Positions 10,591-20,213 of a DNA stretch of 64,000 nucleotides are shown one piece after another. The DNA is from a virus (Duplodnaviria; Caudoviricetes): IMG/VR virus record IMGVR_UViG_3300031993_000044, positions 22,990-86,989 of that record, one strand, 5' to 3'. The notes below the pieces were generated by a model. The model had not been told where the DNA came from and did no database searches. It saw nothing but the letters and a program-made list of their open reading frames with translations. Both the position numbers and the translations under genes were made by a program. Within the stretch, counting starts at the first letter, position 1. The number at the start of each line of letters is the position of its first letter.

Positions 10591-10929
10591 CTATATCCAA
10601 ATCTTCACGTACCGTTTCTTTAGCGTCACAAAGCCAGCGACTTCCGCTTGTTTGTCTATCGTGCCGTCCTCCTTGACGAATCGCACTGTTGCGCCCTCCT
10701 TTGGAATAAGGCCGTCCGTGTAGTGCTTCTTTTTGATGGGAGCAATGATTTCGTAGGTGTAGATGTATTCCTCGCCGTCGTTAAGCGAAACAGACTGCGC
10801 ACGTTCATTGGGCAGGATGATACACTTTCCGACTTCCAGCCATTCCGACGTTGGCTCAATGGGGTTTAGTTCCTCGTCGTAGCCGCCCTCGGTAGTTTGC
10901 AGGATATACAGCTTGTCCTTGAAATTCAT
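10591..10929 (-). CDS. Head-closure/adaptor protein
   Basis: Size and position after the head-tail connector. Confidence 0.55.
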   Translation of the reverse strand: MNFKDKLYILQTTEGGYDEELNPIEPTSEWLEVGKCIILPNERAQSVSLNDGEEYIYTYEIIAPIKKKHYTDGLIPKEGATVRFVKEDGTIDKQAEVAGFVTLKKRYVKIWI

Positions 10930-10930
10930 A

Positions 10931-11278
10931 TTACCACACGGGACAATAGGTTACAGTGTTTTCGCCGTCGCCGTCAAGCACAAGGTCGGGGTTTACGCCG
11001 ATTTCCTTTGCAATCCCCTTAATCATGTCCTTAATATCGTCCTTGTAGGACTGTGACACGCCACCTATGTTTTCACTGCTCAACGACATAAGCTGACGGA
11101 GCAACAGCATGGCAGCAAAGCCGCATTGCTTATCCATTTCGGGCGAATAGTCGCCCTCTGTGTTTAGCGACGTTTGACCGCCAAAGCGGTAGAACGCTTT
11201 CATTGCAGCCCTATCCACCGCCTCGTCGGACAGTGAATAAGGCTCAATGTATGATGCTATTGCTTCACGTATAGTCAT
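10931..11278 (-). CDS. Head-tail connector protein
   Basis: Immediately downstream of the capsid gene; SSENIGGVSQSY motif. Confidence 0.6.
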   Translation of the reverse strand: MTIREAIASYIEPYSLSDEAVDRAAMKAFYRFGGQTSLNTEGDYSPEMDKQCGFAAMLLLRQLMSLSSENIGGVSQSYKDDIKDMIKGIAKEIGVNPDLVLDGDGENTVTYCPVW

Positions 11279-11291
11279 AGCTTAAGCTTGT

Positions 11292-12389
11292 TTAGGCAGA
11301 AGTTGCGTTAGTCACGAGGATAGCGTAGTCCTTCTTGCCCGTAAACACTGGAGTTGCCCACATTTCGTAGTCCACGAAACGACCCTCTGACGTGCGGTAG
11401 TTACCGATGAGGTTGTCTTCGTAGGTGGAGTACTGCTTGTTAGGCAGCTTGTCGATAGTCTCCACGCCCTCGCTGACCTTAAGGACAGCAACCTTGGGAG
11501 CAAACATGATGCACACACGGTCTGCGGGAATCATGTTCATGCTGGTGCCGTTGGGCAGAAGCACAAACTTGGGCTTCTCAATCTCAATGACGGGAAGCTC
11601 GATGCTCTCCAAGTACTCGTTGAGCGTGTTAAGAGGAATGATGCTCGGCTGGGGCTGCAACACGTCAGCCTTTGACAGCTTAAGCACGAACTTGGACTGA
11701 AGCTCGGTAGCCTTGCACATCTTCACGTAGGTAGCACGGGACATACGGATGCGCTCGATGGGCTTTCCGATGGTCTCTGCATACGCGCAAACCTGCTCCA
11801 AGTCTGCAATAGGTGTTGCACTTGCATCACCCCATGCAGCCGTTGTGGCGTAGAACTTCCTAATACCCAGGTCGAGGGCATAGCGCACGCCCGACTTGCT
11901 GTTGTTGTCGAGCTTAACGTCCTGCATACCGTTGTACAGACCCTCGAAATAGCTGATGTCAATACGCTTCCAAGGAGCGATTGCAGCCTTCTCGTATGGG
12001 TCAAAGAGGAACTTGACAATCTTGCGGTACTCCGCAATACGTCTTTCGGGCGTGTAGTTGGCCTGCTTGTCCTTATAGCGGGATTCCATAAGGAAGTACT
12101 GGTCAAGTCGCTCGTTATCCATCTGCCACTCGTCGGCCATGCGTGCAATCTTACCATAAAGGTAACCTGCATCCGGCATAACGTGCAGCGGCTTGTTGGC
12201 GTTCTTATCGACAACCGAGCCAGCCATAGCGGCGGCATACTCTGCGACGTAGGCAGCGTAGGCTTTGCTTGCACAGTACTCGATTTCAAGCTCCGGCTTG
12301 GCGAAGGACTTGTATGTCGATGTCTTCATGTTTTCCTGAATGAAGGCATCGAATACCTCCTGTTCAGTAAGTTTCTCGATAATAGTCAT
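11292..12389 (-). CDS. Major capsid protein
   Basis: 365 aa; order is scaffold, decoration, capsid, connector. Confidence 0.8.
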   Translation of the reverse strand: MTIIEKLTEQEVFDAFIQENMKTSTYKSFAKPELEIEYCASKAYAAYVAEYAAAMAGSVVDKNANKPLHVMPDAGYLYGKIARMADEWQMDNERLDQYFLMESRYKDKQANYTPERRIAEYRKIVKFLFDPYEKAAIAPWKRIDISYFEGLYNGMQDVKLDNNSKSGVRYALDLGIRKFYATTAAWGDASATPIADLEQVCAYAETIGKPIERIRMSRATYVKMCKATELQSKFVLKLSKADVLQPQPSIIPLNTLNEYLESIELPVIEIEKPKFVLLPNGTSMNMIPADRVCIMFAPKVAVLKVSEGVETIDKLPNKQYSTYEDNLIGNYRTSEGRFVDYEMWATPVFTGKKDYAILVTNATSA

Positions 12390-12418
12390 ACCTTAATCTC
12401 CTTTAGTTTATGCACACT

Positions 12419-12991
12419 TTAGGAACTGTACTTGCTGAAATCCAGCGCGTAGTGGTGACGTGAAGTCAGCTTTTCCTTGATGGTGCTGTTGATGGGGTAA
12501 GGGAGCGTGTCCTCCTGAATCTCGTAGGCCTGTACTGTGTACGTGATTGACGGGTAAGCGTCCATCTTCGTGCGGCAGTAGTTAAGGCCAAGAATGTTGT
12601 CCGTGTTGTCGTCGTTGACAACAGTGTCCTTGTCAACCTTGGCGGCAAGTGCGCCAACGGTCAGCGTATCGTAGTCCGCGTTAGACGTGTCAATAGCGGA
12701 AATGGTGCTGCCAGCAACCTTGTCGCCGACGATGAGGGCATGACCCTTCAACACTTTAAGCGACGTTGCGTTAGCGGCTGCATTTGCCTGTGCTACGGCA
12801 GTCTTAACAAGCACGGCCTTGTAGCCTGCGCTCGTAAGCTTGGCAGCAACGACGGCACCCTTGGGAAGAAATTCCATTCCCGACGGCAGACAAGTCTTAT
12901 CAAACTCGATACCGGCAATGCAGCGAACGCAAGACTTAACGTCCCACTGTGCGCCCTGCTGGCTTTCGAATGTTCTTGTTCCGTTTTCCAT
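12419..12991 (-). CDS. Head decoration/cement protein
   Basis: Between scaffold and capsid genes; LPKGAVV and DTLPYPI motifs. Confidence 0.6.
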   Translation of the reverse strand: MENGTRTFESQQGAQWDVKSCVRCIAGIEFDKTCLPSGMEFLPKGAVVAAKLTSAGYKAVLVKTAVAQANAAANATSLKVLKGHALIVGDKVAGSTISAIDTSNADYDTLTVGALAAKVDKDTVVNDDNTDNILGLNYCRTKMDAYPSITYTVQAYEIQEDTLPYPINSTIKEKLTSRHHYALDFSKYSS

Positions 12992-13003
12992 AATGCTAAT
13001 GCT

Positions 13004-13699
13004 TTACTTGGTTGTTGTTTCTACTTTGTTCACCTCTTTGAACATTTCAATCATAGCCTGGTTCTCGCTTTGTGGCGTGCCCTGCTTTGGTGCTTCTACG
13101 ATTGTTCCACCTGCGAACATTTCCTGCTTAAGCGTGGTGTAGTCCGTTTTGATGTTCTGAACAACCTGCGCAAGGTTTTCCTCCTTGTCAAGCGTGTACT
13201 TGTTTCGGAAACTTGCAGGAATATCCTTCAAGTCCTCGTGTTCGGCAAGCAGTTTGGCAAGCCTGTCGGCTTCACGCTGCTGCGTCAGTGGTGCAAGCCC
13301 CTGTGCAATACCATCCTTAATCAGCTGCTGAATCTGCTCCGCAGTCAAGCCTTGCGGCTGCTGTTGAGTTTGCTGTTGCTGCTGTTGCTGTGTCTGCTGG
13401 GTTTGCTGTTGCTGTTGCGTCTGCTGCTGTTGCTGCTGCTGGGTTTGCTGTTGAGCTTTCGGGTCAATCCAGCCCTCGTACTTCTTTTCAATCTCGCCCT
13501 GCTTTCTGTTTCCTACAGACTGCATCATTTCAGCGTAGAACTCTGCTGACTTTACAGCTTCGTTCAATTCATCGTCAGTTGTCTCGTCAGTAAGACCGCC
13601 GGCAATGTTGTTAGCAATTTTGTTGAGTTCTTCTGCTTTCAAGCCATACTTCGCGTAAGCATTCTTGACGGCAGCAAGCGCCCGTTCCTTAATTGTCAT
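13004..13699 (-). CDS. Capsid scaffolding protein with poly-Gln linker
   Basis: Helical, charged ORF at the head of the capsid operon with a Q/T tract. Confidence 0.65.
   Translation of the reverse strand: MTIKERALAAVKNAYAKYGLKAEELNKIANNIAGGLTDETTDDELNEAVKSAEFYAEMMQSVGNRKQGEIEKKYEGWIDPKAQQQTQQQQQQQTQQQQQTQQTQQQQQQQTQQQPQGLTAEQIQQLIKDGIAQGLAPLTQQREADRLAKLLAEHEDLKDIPASFRNKYTLDKEENLAQVVQNIKTDYTTLKQEMFAGGTIVEAPKQGTPQSENQAMIEMFKEVNKVETTTK
13358..13453 (-). repeat. CAG/CAA microsatellite encoding a poly-Q/T tract
   Basis: QQQTQQQQQQQTQQQQQTQQTQQQQQQQTQQQPQ read directly. Confidence 0.9.
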
Positions 13700-13738
13700 A
13701 GTGCTACGATTTTTTTGTTGTTAGAAAATGAATTTGTC

Positions 13739-13747
13739 GGCACAAAA
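13739..13747 (-). promoter_or_regulatory. Bacteroidales -7 promoter box for the head/tail operon
   Basis: TAATTTTG on the minus strand about 40 nt upstream of the scaffold ATG. Confidence 0.5.
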
Positions 13748-13824
13748 TTATATAAAAGTAAGTGACTGTGTTTAGTTTTGTATAGTTCTGTGCAAACAAC
13801 GCGCTCTATTTGTGCAAACAGCAC

Positions 13825-13857
13825 AAAAAAAACGGGCGTAAACGTGGTTTACGTCCG
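13825..13857 (-). terminator. Intrinsic terminator after the DUF559-like gene
   Basis: 11 bp stem with one mismatch, followed by T8 on the minus strand. Confidence 0.5.
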
Positions 13858-13908
13858 CTGTAAGCAAATTGTAGGCAAATGGCGGGCAAGTTATCGGGCA
13901 ACGATGTT

Positions 13909-14259
13909 TTAACGCTGTAAACGCTTTAATTTTGCCCTTATAGCGTCAATGCTACGTGCGTCGCTGTTGCTTAAGCGCATGACATGCAGCCCAAGCCGCC
14001 AAATTCCCTGACTTCTGTTCGTGTCCTTGCGCTTCTGCTGCTGTGTCGTGTGGTAGCCGCCGTCAATCTCCACGATGCAGCGCAAGGACGGGATGAACAA
14101 GTCAGCAAAGTACGTGCGCCGTCCTGTCTGTATGGGGAACTGCCTAACAGTGTCAGCGTAACCGAGCTTTCGCAGGTTGTCAAACGCTGCTTTTTCTGCA
14201 TCCGAAGCGTTTGCCAGCAGCTCACAGCGTCTTTGGAAAAGGAACTTGTTTAACTTCAT
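13909..14259 (-). CDS. DUF559/Vsr-like endonuclease
   Basis: YFADLFIP...IVEIDGGYH...D..R motif. ATG 14259 lies 7 nt after a TACCTTTG box, so the transcript is probably near-leaderless. Confidence 0.75.
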   Translation of the reverse strand: MKLNKFLFQRRCELLANASDAEKAAFDNLRKLGYADTVRQFPIQTGRRTYFADLFIPSLRCIVEIDGGYHTTQQQKRKDTNRSQGIWRLGLHVMRLSNSDARSIDAIRAKLKRLQR

Positions 14260-14322
14260 AGCAGTGCAAAGGTACACAAACAAAGTTGTTTGAGCATGTC
14301 TTTACTTTTTTTTGAGCAAACA

Positions 14323-14428
14323 CGCTATATATACCTATACTATTCCATAAATACGAATAATAATATAATAATAATCCTTATCCTTAAGACCTTCGTAGGC
14401 TCATTCTTGTATATTGCTGATTATCAAC
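14323..14428 (-). promoter_or_regulatory. Conserved ~110 bp intergenic element, copy 1 (copy 2 at 35066-35176)
   Basis: Shares ATCCTTATCCTTAAGACCTT (20/20), TTGCTGATWATCAAC and CGCTATATA..TATACTAT with copy 2. Confidence 0.7.
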
Positions 14429-14586
14429 GGATAATAGAAAAGGTAGCTCGTTTTTTAACTTTTCGGCGTTTCTCTTAACGCAAAAAGCGCATATATTAAC
14501 ACTTAGTCCTGCACCCGTTTTTGCTTCCAAAAGTGGAAAAGAATGTAAATTTTATATAGGATTACTTAGTATTCTGCTTAAAAAAT

Positions 14587-14650
14587 CTTAATATCGTATA
14601 GATTTATATAGTAATTATTAGGTTTATTGATTAAAACTTAATACCTTTGC
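14587..14650 (+). promoter_or_regulatory. Early promoter/operator, copy 1
   Basis: CTTAATA-N22-TATTAGGTTT-N16-TACCTTTGC. Confidence 0.75.
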
Positions 14651-14697
14651 CTACGTAAACGACAAACAACAGTTTAACAACTTAAAAAGATACGACA

Positions 14698-15069
14698 ATG
14701 TTACAGAGTGAATTTACAGACAGGACAAACATCGCAGTAACGAGTGAACTGTATGCGGAAATTGAGCAGCAGTATATGGACTGCGATTTAGACAAGGACA
14801 CGTTTTGCAGCAGGTTCAAGCGCAAGGGCGGTATGCTGGAGTACACACGCCGCATGGTACGCGAGATTGAAGCTTTGCAAAAGCAGCTTGCAGACGAGAG
14901 GGCAAAGCGTGAGCAGGAGCGCATACATGCAGCAAAGGAGCTTGCCGAAGCTTGCACACAGCGCAACGCCTTTGAAAAGGAGCTTGTGAGAATCTACGAC
15001 ATCGAGGGCGACCACAAGGCAATTTGGGCTTTGCACAACAGAATCATTGATAAATATTCAAATAAGTAA
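14698..15069 (+). CDS. Hypothetical coiled-coil early protein
   Basis: First ORF after the early promoter, preceded by TACGACA-ATG. Confidence 0.7.
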   Translation: MLQSEFTDRTNIAVTSELYAEIEQQYMDCDLDKDTFCSRFKRKGGMLEYTRRMVREIEALQKQLADERAKREQERIHAAKELAEACTQRNAFEKELVRIYDIEGDHKAIWALHNRIIDKYSNK

Positions 15070-15113
15070 TAACCGGCAGGGGGTGACACCCCTGCACTAA
15101 AAACAGTACGACT

Positions 15114-15260
15114 ATGTTCAAGGAAACAATCAACAACTTTAAGGAGATTTGGCGCGACAAGAAAGAGCGCAAGGAGTTTATCGGCGGCATGTGCTGCGTG
15201 ATAGCAATGTTCGCAGTAACGTATGTGTGGATGGTGATTGCATACGCAATACAGGGTTAA
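15114..15260 (+). CDS. Small membrane protein (48 aa)
   Basis: Manual reading MFKETINNFKEIWRDKKERKEFIGGMCCVIAMFAVTYVWMVIAYAIQG; preceded by CAGTACGACT-ATG. Confidence 0.6.
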   Translation: MFKETINNFKEIWRDKKERKEFIGGMCCVIAMFAVTYVWMVIAYAIQG

Positions 15261-15282
15261 TAACAGCTTAACAAGTACGACA

Positions 15283-15594
15283 ATGGAAATAGGAACGACA
15301 ATGGTACGGTTTCAGATGCCAAAGGAGCAAATGAGCCAGCAGACGGACAAGGCAGTGCTGCTTGAACTGTTTAAGGTTGAAGCGACGGGCGAGCTTGTCA
15401 AGGAATGGGTGCCGCTCTCAAAGATTGAGTTTGAGGAAAGCACGGAAAACAGCGACGTGTACGACGTAATCATGCCCAAGTGGCTTTTCTACAAGAAGGA
15501 CGTTCTGCCGCTGTACTGCAACGTAAAAAACGAGTTTGTGGTAACTACATACGCAGACAAGTACGAGCTGCTTGCAGCCGCGAGAAAACAGTAA
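15283..15594 (+). CDS. Hypothetical protein
   Basis: AGTACGACA-ATG start; SDKA..VW.P.S-like motif (TDKAVLL..KEWVPLS). Confidence 0.65.
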   Translation: MEIGTTMVRFQMPKEQMSQQTDKAVLLELFKVEATGELVKEWVPLSKIEFEESTENSDVYDVIMPKWLFYKKDVLPLYCNVKNEFVVTTYADKYELLAAARKQ

Positions 15595-15650
15595 AACAAC
15601 GACAATTCAGTAATTAACTTTATTCATTAACATTTTTAATTCATACAACT

Positions 15651-16583
15651 ATGAGTACAACAATGATTGAAACGACAAAGGGTGTAAACAACAATCAGTT
15701 TTTCAACTTCGAAGAAGCAAAGGTGCAGGCATTGACGCTGGAGCAGCTGGAGCGCACTCACCGCGAGAATGACGTGTACGAGAAGCCGCTGCGTGGCATC
15801 TACCACTTCGCACTTATCCACCAGCTGATTGACATGTGCAACGAGATTGGCTACAACGTGGAGCTGTACGACCTGTTTGCAGCTAACAACAAAGACCGTA
15901 CCCAGCCGGGCGTTGTACGCCTCCCGCAGATTGAGCAGATTAAGGGCGAGCGTGCCATTGAAGCGCATATCCTGCGTAGAGTGTTCGCCAACGTGCGCAT
16001 TACGGACTTCGATAATCAGGAAACAACGACAAACCTTGCTGTTGCCTACCATCAGAAAGGCATACAGATTGGCTTCGGCCCTAACGTGATGATTTGCCAC
16101 AACCAATGTATGCTCGGTGCGCAGTACTACGGTGCCACATACGGCGACAAGGGCAAGGGCAAGAACTCCGCTAACAAGTACGAGCTTAACGAGCTGCTGG
16201 ACGTTGTGAAGTCGTGGCTCGTGGACGCACGCCACATCATCGTTACGGAGCGCGATAAGATTGAGCGCATGAAGAATATCGAGGTGAGTGCTGACAAGCT
16301 GCTTGTCATTATCGGAATGCTGACAGCCATCCGCGTTAAGTGTGACAGCACGAACAAGCTCATACACGAACACCGTACATACCCGCTCAACCAGGCACAG
16401 ATTAACAGCCTTACGGAACGGCTGCTTATCAAGTACGAGGAAACAAAGCACGTGACGCTTTGGAACTTGTACAACGCCGCGACTGACATGTACAAGGTGC
16501 AGCAGATGGACACGCCGATGATTATGCCGCAAAACATAGCTTTGGCCGAGCTGCTGGAAGAGCAGTTCCACTTCGGAATGTAA
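15651..16583 (+). CDS. DUF932-like protein
   Basis: 310 aa; GIQIGFGPNVMICHNQ and TLWNLYNAAT resemble the DUF932 family. Confidence 0.55.
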   Translation: MSTTMIETTKGVNNNQFFNFEEAKVQALTLEQLERTHRENDVYEKPLRGIYHFALIHQLIDMCNEIGYNVELYDLFAANNKDRTQPGVVRLPQIEQIKGERAIEAHILRRVFANVRITDFDNQETTTNLAVAYHQKGIQIGFGPNVMICHNQCMLGAQYYGATYGDKGKGKNSANKYELNELLDVVKSWLVDARHIIVTERDKIERMKNIEVSADKLLVIIGMLTAIRVKCDSTNKLIHEHRTYPLNQAQINSLTERLLIKYEETKHVTLWNLYNAATDMYKVQQMDTPMIMPQNIALAELLEEQFHFGM

Positions 16584-16653
16584 GACACAGTTCACGCAGG
16601 CAGCGTACACACGTGCGCTGTCTGCATTTAATAACAACAAAAAAAGAAGAAAG

Positions 16654-17040
16654 ATGGATTTACAAGGTTCAATCGACTTGCTTAAGCTTACCAACGCTTG
16701 CGTTGCGACGCTTGGCAAGACAACGAAGAAAAGGTGCGTCGTTATCCCGATAGACGATAACGACCTCTCTGTGAAGAACGAGGACAACAGCACGAAGCCC
16801 CGTTCTGTGTACTTGGGCGTGAACGTATGGGAACGGCAGCAGCCCAGCCAATACGGACATACGCACTACATCAAGCAAAGCTTCAGCAAGGCCTACCGGG
16901 AAGCGCACACTGAGGACGAAATGAAGAACAAGCCATTCTTTGGCGACATGAAGCCTATACTGCGTCAGAACGGTGCAACGTCGTTTGATGCGCCGGTAGT
17001 GGAAATGGAGCAGCAGGAAAAGGACGATTTACCATTCTAA
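16654..17040 (+). CDS. Single-stranded DNA-binding protein
   Basis: Beta-rich core and acidic C-terminal tail ending KDDLPF. Confidence 0.65.
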   Translation: MDLQGSIDLLKLTNACVATLGKTTKKRCVVIPIDDNDLSVKNEDNSTKPRSVYLGVNVWERQQPSQYGHTHYIKQSFSKAYREAHTEDEMKNKPFFGDMKPILRQNGATSFDAPVVEMEQQEKDDLPF

Positions 17041-17052
17041 AACTTATACGAT

Positions 17053-17517
17053 ATGAGAAGCAGAACAGCACAATGGTTTCAGACCAAAATCAGGTATGAA
17101 AAGACGATGGAGGACGGCTTGCAGAAGAAAGTTACGGAGCTGTACACCATCGACGCATTAAGCCACGCGGAAGCGGAGGAACGTATCATAGAGGAAATGA
17201 GCCACTACATCAGCGGCGAGTACGAAGTGACAAGCGTAGTTCCTGCGCCCTACAAAGAAGTGTTCTTTAGCGACAGCATGGAAGCTGACCGCTACTTTAA
17301 GGCAAAGCTTGCATTCATCACCATCAACGAAAAGACGGAAAAGGAAAAGCGCACAGCCGTAACGTACCTTATCCACGCACAGACGTTTGACGGTGCTGTA
17401 AAGGCTATCCACGAAGTGATGGGCGGCACGATGATAGACTACGTTGTCTTAAGCGTTGCCGAAACGAACATCATGGACGTTTTCGAGTACAAGAAGCCCG
17501 AAGAAGCAGAGGTATGA
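17053..17517 (+). CDS. DUF4494 family protein
   Basis: WFQTKIRYEKTMEDGLQKKVTELYTIDALSHAEAEERI and ETNIMDVF motifs. Confidence 0.75.
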   Translation: MRSRTAQWFQTKIRYEKTMEDGLQKKVTELYTIDALSHAEAEERIIEEMSHYISGEYEVTSVVPAPYKEVFFSDSMEADRYFKAKLAFITINEKTEKEKRTAVTYLIHAQTFDGAVKAIHEVMGGTMIDYVVLSVAETNIMDVFEYKKPEEAEV

Positions 17518-17708
17518 GCAATGTTGAAACGTTGAAGAAGCTGCAAGAGCAGTACAATGACCTGCGTAAAAGCAACGCTGTTGGGAGTATTCAGCTCAAC
17601 AGCGTTGCCGGAACGCTGCTTATTGAAAACCGCAATGTCATTAACACAGTGCTTGACACGCTCATTGCGGAAACACAGAAGCGAATAGAAAAGGAAATGC
17701 AGATATGA
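17514..17708 (+). CDS. Hypothetical protein
   Basis: Overlapping stop/start with its neighbours. Confidence 0.55.
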   Translation: MSNVETLKKLQEQYNDLRKSNAVGSIQLNSVAGTLLIENRNVINTVLDTLIAETQKRIEKEMQI

Positions 17709-17911
17709 CAGCAGTAAAAGTAACTTTCAAGCAGTCGGGCGACACGCAGTTTTTCAAAAGCTGTGCGGAGCTTTTCAAGCAGCACAGCAGCAAGGAACTT
17801 GGCATTTGCTTGGCCGCTTTGTGGAACGCCCTTTCACCCAGCAAGGGAAAGGAACGCTACGAGAACGACAACATAATCATTGAACGAACATCATTTAAGA
17901 ACTGGCAGTAA
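17705..17911 (+). CDS. Hypothetical protein
   Basis: Overlapping stop/start with the upstream gene. Confidence 0.55.
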   Translation: MTAVKVTFKQSGDTQFFKSCAELFKQHSSKELGICLAALWNALSPSKGKERYENDNIIIERTSFKNWQ

Positions 17912-17915
17912 GACT

Positions 17916-18719
17916 ATGGCAAGTACGGCAACAAGGCTAAAGAGATACGAGCAACGTGTTAAGCAGGAGGTGGAAAAGCGCAAGAAGCTCTATGCAAAGC
18001 AGCTGGAACACACACGGCTTAAGGAACAGGCATTGCAGAAACGCGCAACGGAAACAAGCGAGGAACGCGAGGAACGGCAGACGGCTGTCTCAACGTTCTA
18101 CAGCGTCACTTTCATCAACGACATCGTAGGCAATGTTGTCGTTGACTTTATTGCAGCAGCAAGGCAGGACAAGGAACTGTACCGCTTTACTGACAAGAAG
18201 AATGTTGAGCAGATAGAAAAGGCACGCACGGACTACGAGCAGCGGCTTGAAAGTGCTGCAAAGTATTACGGCTATTACATGTACGACATGATGGACTACG
18301 TGGAGGAAAAGACGCGCAACGACGTTTTCTTCTACCGCAACGCAATACAGATGCAGTTTTCAAGGAACAAGCTGCCAAAGTATCAGCTTCTTGCGCTGCT
18401 GGAAACAGCACGCTCACTTGCATGGTATGCGTGCCAGCTGTGTGACGCACGCATCAAGCACATTGAGAAGTACGACGACATGGCCTTCAACCTTGCACAG
18501 CTACGCATTACCCAGCTGCATAACAAGCTGACAAGCCTTGCAGACAATTGGTACAAGCGTTTTTGTCCCAAGGGCGTGAAGATTGAACTTTACAAGGACA
18601 TGAACAGCGCAAACGGCGTGCAGATAATAGCAAACAAGGTGGAAAGCGGCGACATGATAGCTGCTGCCATACAGTATGCAGACGAAAACGCAAAACAAAA
18701 AGGAGAAACGGAACAATGA
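17916..18719 (+). CDS. Hypothetical helical protein
   Basis: Long ORF in the operon with typical codon usage. Confidence 0.65.
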   Translation: MASTATRLKRYEQRVKQEVEKRKKLYAKQLEHTRLKEQALQKRATETSEEREERQTAVSTFYSVTFINDIVGNVVVDFIAAARQDKELYRFTDKKNVEQIEKARTDYEQRLESAAKYYGYYMYDMMDYVEEKTRNDVFFYRNAIQMQFSRNKLPKYQLLALLETARSLAWYACQLCDARIKHIEKYDDMAFNLAQLRITQLHNKLTSLADNWYKRFCPKGVKIELYKDMNSANGVQIIANKVESGDMIAAAIQYADENAKQKGETEQ

Positions 18720-19081
18720 AAGCAAGAATCATAAAGACGGGCGAGGTCGTGGACGTGCAGCCAGGCTCGCTTATAGCAATACAACGCGAGGGCGACGATT
18801 CATGGAACGGCGAGGAACTGGCCGTCGAAGAAGTGCAAATCATACCTGACGGCTACAACGAAGTGCGCACACGTGCAGCGATTGCAGCGATGCAGGGATT
18901 CATAACGACAATGAGCAATGAAAGTGTCATTTGCTCCATAAACAGGAACGCACAGGAAAACAACATGGTTGCGTGCGAATGGGTCGCTGAAACGGCAGTG
19001 ACTTATGCGGACGCGCTTGTAAACGCATTATTCAATACAAACGGACAACATGAAGCTGATAAAGTACAAAACAAGGGTTGA
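18716..19081 (+). CDS. Hypothetical protein
   Basis: MKARIIKTGEVVDV start and RAAIAAMQG..AVTYADALV motif, common in Bacteroidales phages. Confidence 0.65.
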   Translation: MKARIIKTGEVVDVQPGSLIAIQREGDDSWNGEELAVEEVQIIPDGYNEVRTRAAIAAMQGFITTMSNESVICSINRNAQENNMVACEWVAETAVTYADALVNALFNTNGQHEADKVQNKG

Positions 19082-19256
19082 CGCATCAAGCGGTACGTCC
19101 CGGCTGCTTACTCCATGCCCATACGGCGAGAAGCACGGCCAAAAAGAGATTGTGAACAAAGTGGGTAGCATACACTGCAAACGGTGCAAGCACTATTTCA
19201 GTGAGCCTTTCCTGCACAGTGTTCAATGCAAGGCAGACGAGAGCAATAACGCTTAA
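19050..19256 (+). CDS. Small Cys-rich hypothetical protein
   Basis: CPYG..VGSIHCKRCKHY motif. Confidence 0.5.
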   Translation: MKLIKYKTRVDASSGTSRLLTPCPYGEKHGQKEIVNKVGSIHCKRCKHYFSEPFLHSVQCKADESNNA

Positions 19257-19279
19257 ATAACAATCAAAAACAAAGTATT

Positions 19280-19549
19280 ATGAGTGACAATCACAAAAGA
19301 TGCCCGGTTTGCGGAAAGTACGCAAGCAAGGCAATGGTAGAGAAGTACGAAAAGCTTGTTTCCGACAAGGCAATGCTGGAAAACAAGCTGAAAGTGAAAG
19401 AGGGGCTTGTGAACTCGCTGAAAGGTGAGATTGCAAAGCAAGCAGAGGAAATTGCAGCCCTGCGTGAAGCAAAGAACGACTTGCTTGCAAAGAACGAGCA
19501 GATGCTTAACCGTGGCTTCTTTGCACGCCTGTTTAACGTTAAGCACTAA
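19280..19549 (+). CDS. Zn-ribbon plus coiled-coil protein
   Basis: CPVCG followed by heptad repeats. Confidence 0.6.
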   Translation: MSDNHKRCPVCGKYASKAMVEKYEKLVSDKAMLENKLKVKEGLVNSLKGEIAKQAEEIAALREAKNDLLAKNEQMLNRGFFARLFNVKH

Positions 19550-19930
19550 ATGGACGCAAAGGACGTAACAAGCTTCATTACCGTGCTACGCGGAACAGAC
19601 AAGTTCCTGCGTGACATCTACAGCTTTGGCGGCTGCTACAAGTTCGTCGTGCTGTTGCAGTACGTGTTTGGTCGTGGTGAGCCGTTTATGAACGCAGAGG
19701 GCAATCATTGCGCCTGCATGATAGACGGCTCACTATACGACATCGACGGGCTTGTTACGGATGAAGCGGGATGGCACGCTTTCAGCAAGGAGGACTACGA
19801 AAAGGCGCAGAAGTGGTCTTTTTCAAAGAACTACATGCTGCAAATAGCAGAGTGTCCGCATTGCGGAGAGCCTATCACGCATCCGAGCATGGACTATAAA
19901 ATATGTGTGCATGACAATAGAATGTTATAA
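19550..19930 (+). CDS. Hypothetical protein
   Basis: GGCYKF..NHCAC.IDGSLYDIDG; possible Cys-His-Asp fold. Confidence 0.55.
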   Translation: MDAKDVTSFITVLRGTDKFLRDIYSFGGCYKFVVLLQYVFGRGEPFMNAEGNHCACMIDGSLYDIDGLVTDEAGWHAFSKEDYEKAQKWSFSKNYMLQIAECPHCGEPITHPSMDYKICVHDNRML

Positions 19931-19934
19931 CATC

Positions 19935-20153
19935 ATGTTGCAGGGTACTTCCATTTGCGACACAATGCCGAAAAACCTGCGATTCCGCATACCTAAAAAG
20001 CCAAAGTTTAGGAACTTGCGGGAAAAGAAACGCTACGACAATCGTATGCTTAAGCGGCGAAAAGGCAAGCGGTTCACAGCGAAAGTGAACTACTATGACG
20101 AAATAAACTCTTTAGACAAAATACGGTTAGGATATGACAAAAAGGGAATTTGA
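19935..20153 (+). CDS. Basic hypothetical protein
   Basis: Lys/Arg-rich ORF filling an operon gap. Confidence 0.4.
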   Translation: MLQGTSICDTMPKNLRFRIPKKPKFRNLREKKRYDNRMLKRRKGKRFTAKVNYYDEINSLDKIRLGYDKKGI

Positions 20154-20213
20154 AACGGGCTGTGGCTGCATTTGCTGGCTGCTGGCACTGATAGTTATGC
20201 TTATTCTTTGCTT

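Noticed and set aside
3505-13593. Numerous plus-strand and alternate-frame ORFs over structural genes
   Set aside because: Shadows of strongly biased coding sequence, with no motifs or start context.
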